The translations under genes were made by a program, and so were the position numbers. A DNA stretch of 64,000 bases from Candidatus Marinacidobacterales bacterium (GTDB taxonomy: Bacteria; Acidobacteriota; Vicinamibacteria; Marinacidobacterales; SMYC01). The stretch spans positions 544,001 to 608,000 of the forward strand of contig CBDCYI010000005.1 of the NCBI GenBank assembly GCA_965224085.1, given 5' to 3'. The notes beneath the pieces are model-generated. The model was not told the origin of the DNA and made no database searches. It saw nothing but the letters and a program-made list of their open reading frames with translations. Positions 61,320-64,000 of the stretch are shown here, piece by piece (position 1 is the first letter of the stretch; the number at the start of each line of letters is the position of its first letter).

Positions 61320-61428
61320 GGCGGTTTTCCTCCGCTAGATTCGATTCTTGCACAATCAACGGCGCTTGCAGAAGACCGCCGTCAACCCTTACCCTTGGCT
61401 CTGCGAACGGACGGACGCGCGGGAGCCT

Positions 61429-62440
61429 ATGACGACGACGACATTCGAAGCCGCACAGATCGTATTGCCCTGCAAGAACCTGGACGCAACACTTTCCTTT
61501 TTCACCGACCGGCTAGGCTTTCGCCTCGAGACGATTCACCCCGCTGACGATCCGTCGGTAGCGGTGATCTCGGGATACGGCGTGCGTCTCGAGCTGGGCG
61601 CGCGGAGGCGACGGCGCCCCAGGCGTGCTTCGCCTTCTGTGCGACGACCCCAGAAAGGTCGCCGACGGTGCCGCCGAGCTCACGGCGCCGAACGGGACCC
61701 GCATCGAGCTCGTCGACGCCAATCCACCGCTCGTCGTACCAGCCACGAAATCGTCTTTCGTCTTGAGTCGGAACGACGACGACGCCCTCTGGCACGCGGG
61801 TCGCGCCGGCCTGCGCTACCGCGACCTCATCCCGGATCGGCTCGGCGGCGCCTTCATCGCTTCTCACATCCAGGTTCCGGACGCCGGTCTGGTCCCGGAC
61901 TACGTGCACTTCCACAAGATTCGCTTCCAGATGATCTACATTTACAAGGGATGGGTTCGCGTCCTCTACGAAGACCAAGGGCCAGCGTTCGTGATGCAGC
62001 CGGGCGATTGCGTGTTGCAGCCACCGCTCATCCGGCATCGCGTGCTCGAAACGTCGGATGCTTTCGAAGTGATCGAGATCGGCCACCCCGCCGAGCATGA
62101 AACCTTCGCGGATCACCAGATGGAGCTTCCGAAACCAACGAACGACCCGGACCGCGATTTCAGTGGGCAGCAGTGGCTCTGCCATTACGTCGCCAAGGCG
62201 ACGTGGTCGCCCTTCCGTATCGAAGGCTTCGAGTCTCGAGATATTGGAATTTCTACGGCGACCAACGGCCTTGCCAGCGTCCGCGTGGCGCGTCTTTCGA
62301 GCAAGCCCTCGGGCGAGCTCGTCCGCCACGACGCGGAGTTCCTCTTCACGTTCGTGCTCGAGGGCGGGATGACCCTCCGGCGCGGCGGTAGCGACGACGA
62401 ACACCTCGGCGCCGGCGATGCGTTCGTGCCCTCTGGTTGA
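61429..62440 (+). pseudogene. VOC + cupin protein, frameshifted (~61597) and 3'-truncated
   Basis: N-terminal [14 protein letters not shown] and [20 protein letters not shown] lie in different frames. Confidence 0.75.
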
Positions 62441-63355
62441 TACAGGCGCAGCGTGAGAAGCACAAAGAACGCCGCCTGCACCCACGTGAGCGCGAGGCTC
62501 ATGAGGCTCGCGAGCAAGAACAGCCCGCCCATGACGAAGGGGAGAAACAGCATCGAGCTTTGAAACATCGCCACGAGCCATCGACCGAGACCCGCACCGA
62601 TGCCGAAGGCGACCGCCGAGAAGAGCGCGCCGCCGAGCGCCCAGACAACGTACGCGGCAGCGAGCCCGACGCGATGGCCTGACGTGCGTGTTTCGCTCGC
62701 GCGAAGCGCCAGAGAAGGCCGGACGTCTTCGAACAAATGAATCGGAAGAGCGAAGGCCCAGCCGATGAGCTTCGGAACGAGGACGCCCGCGAGACCCGCG
62801 ACGATCACCCCGATGATCGCGATGGCCATCCAAAACTCCGGCGGCCTTTCGCTCAGGTAGTAGTTGATGTCGTATTCGGTGAGCAGCTGCCAGAAAACGA
62901 GGGCCGCGAGCGCGCCAAAAGGCGCAACGATCAGTAAAACGCGTGCGACGAGCCGGGCGGTAAGAAGAAAGACCGAGCCGAGATAGCGCGTGGCGCCACG
63001 AAGTGCCGCCATCACGCCGAGACGCTCACCGGCGCAGATGGTCAGAAGGGCGGCTTGCTCGAAGGTGACGAGCGTGATGTTCGTCGAGGCCACGACCACG
63101 AGAGCGACGAACCCGAATGGGCTCAGGACGAAGAACAAGATGTCCTCGTCGGCGAGCACGACATCGCCGGAGAACGAGACGAAAGCGCGCAACGCAAGCG
63201 CCACTACCGGCGTGAGGAACACGAAGGCGGCAATCTGGTAGATGACATGCGCTCCGAGCAGGCGCGGCCCAAACGCCGGCAAAATCCCTGCTTACGTCGA
63301 TGAAAAGCGCTTTGGTCTCCTTGAGGAGCGCGCGGGGGATGCGCTCTTTTAGCAC
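62430..63355 (-). pseudogene. Glycerophosphodiester phosphodiesterase membrane-domain protein, frameshifted (~63269), catalytic domain lost
   Basis: Multi-TM; LADEDIL, LLTEYDINYYL..RPP; breaks after LRLYQPEG. Confidence 0.6.
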
Positions 63356-63487
63356 GACAGACCCGTCCGGCTAGCAGTTATTAATGATGACCGCTCAGTG
63401 GTATGCTACGCTGGCTATAGCGTAGGGATGAACGCCAGGGCTCTGGGGCCCCCCCCTCGGCTAAAGGCCCGTAAGGTGAGGCAATTA

Positions 63488-64000
63488 ATGAAGTTCATGG
63501 CGGCAAGGCTGGGCGCCGCGACCTTCTTTGTGACTTTCGCGTCGAGCGTCGCTGCGGCGCCTAACGAAGGCACACAAGCCGCCCAGGCTCTGCTCGAGGA
63601 CACGTGTCAGGTTTGTCACAACGACGTGACGCTCGTGGGCAACATGTCCCTCGATGCGTTCACCGTGTCCGCGGCCGAGCAGACGCAAGAGCTGGCCGAA
63701 AAAATCATCCGCAAGCTCCGAGCCGGCATGATGCCCCCCGCGGGCATGCCCCGGCCGAGTGAAGAGAGCCTGCAAGCGCTCGCTGTCGAGCTCGAGACGC
63801 GGCTCGACCAAGTGGCGTCTCTAAACCCGAACCCCGGACGGCGTACGTTCCAGCGCCTCAACCGCGCCGAGTACAGCGCCTCGATAAAAGCGCTTCTCGA
63901 TCTCGACATCGATGCGGGCGCTTATCTTCCCCTCGACACGAAGAGCGCCAACTTCGACAACATCGCCGACGTGCAGCTCTTATCGGCAACGTTGATGGAA
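63488..64000 (+). CDS. Second DUF1592-family cytochrome c protein (runs off the right edge)
   Basis: Manual translation CQVCH, EKIIRKLRAGMMPP, FQRLNRAEY; paralog of 39606. Confidence 0.88.
   Translation, partial: MKFMAARLGAATFFVTFASSVAAAPNEGTQAAQALLEDTCQVCHNDVTLVGNMSLDAFTVSAAEQTQELAEKIIRKLRAGMMPPAGMPRPSEESLQALAVELETRLDQVASLNPNPGRRTFQRLNRAEYSASIKALLDLDIDAGAYLPLDTKSANFDNIADVQLLSATLME

Overview
GC-rich bacterial DNA whose gene content suggests Acidobacteriota (Vicinamibacteria-like; inference). From left to right: (1) a respiratory cluster of Rieske protein, split cytochrome b, an octaheme cytochrome c, coxB and coxA; (2) an intact IS with a 6-bp target duplication and a heterodimeric ABC exporter; (3) a three-gene SIR2-TIR / membrane nSTAND1-FGE / PKD conflict-type operon; (4) housekeeping genes, including an slt frameshifted by a 10-bp duplication; (5) tmRNA followed by a ~10-kb decayed island array (27466-37216); (6) DUF1592-DUF1552-ankyrin genes, metabolic genes, feoAB, rtcB and several pseudogenes. 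The island array holds integrase remnants, an IS91-like transposase plus tyrosine recombinase element, phage-like genes, a 5'-truncated anti-phage dCTP deaminase with a coupled 57-aa ORF, and IS relics. The most unusual signal is the IS91/tyrosine-recombinase element: it carries inverted 15-bp end motifs and hairpins, and both of its junctions fall in the His codon of the LRH motif of two different integrase genes. The dCTP deaminase-coupled peptide and the SIR2-TIR/STAND-FGE operon are the next best candidates. All calls come from reading the sequence; no database searches were run.
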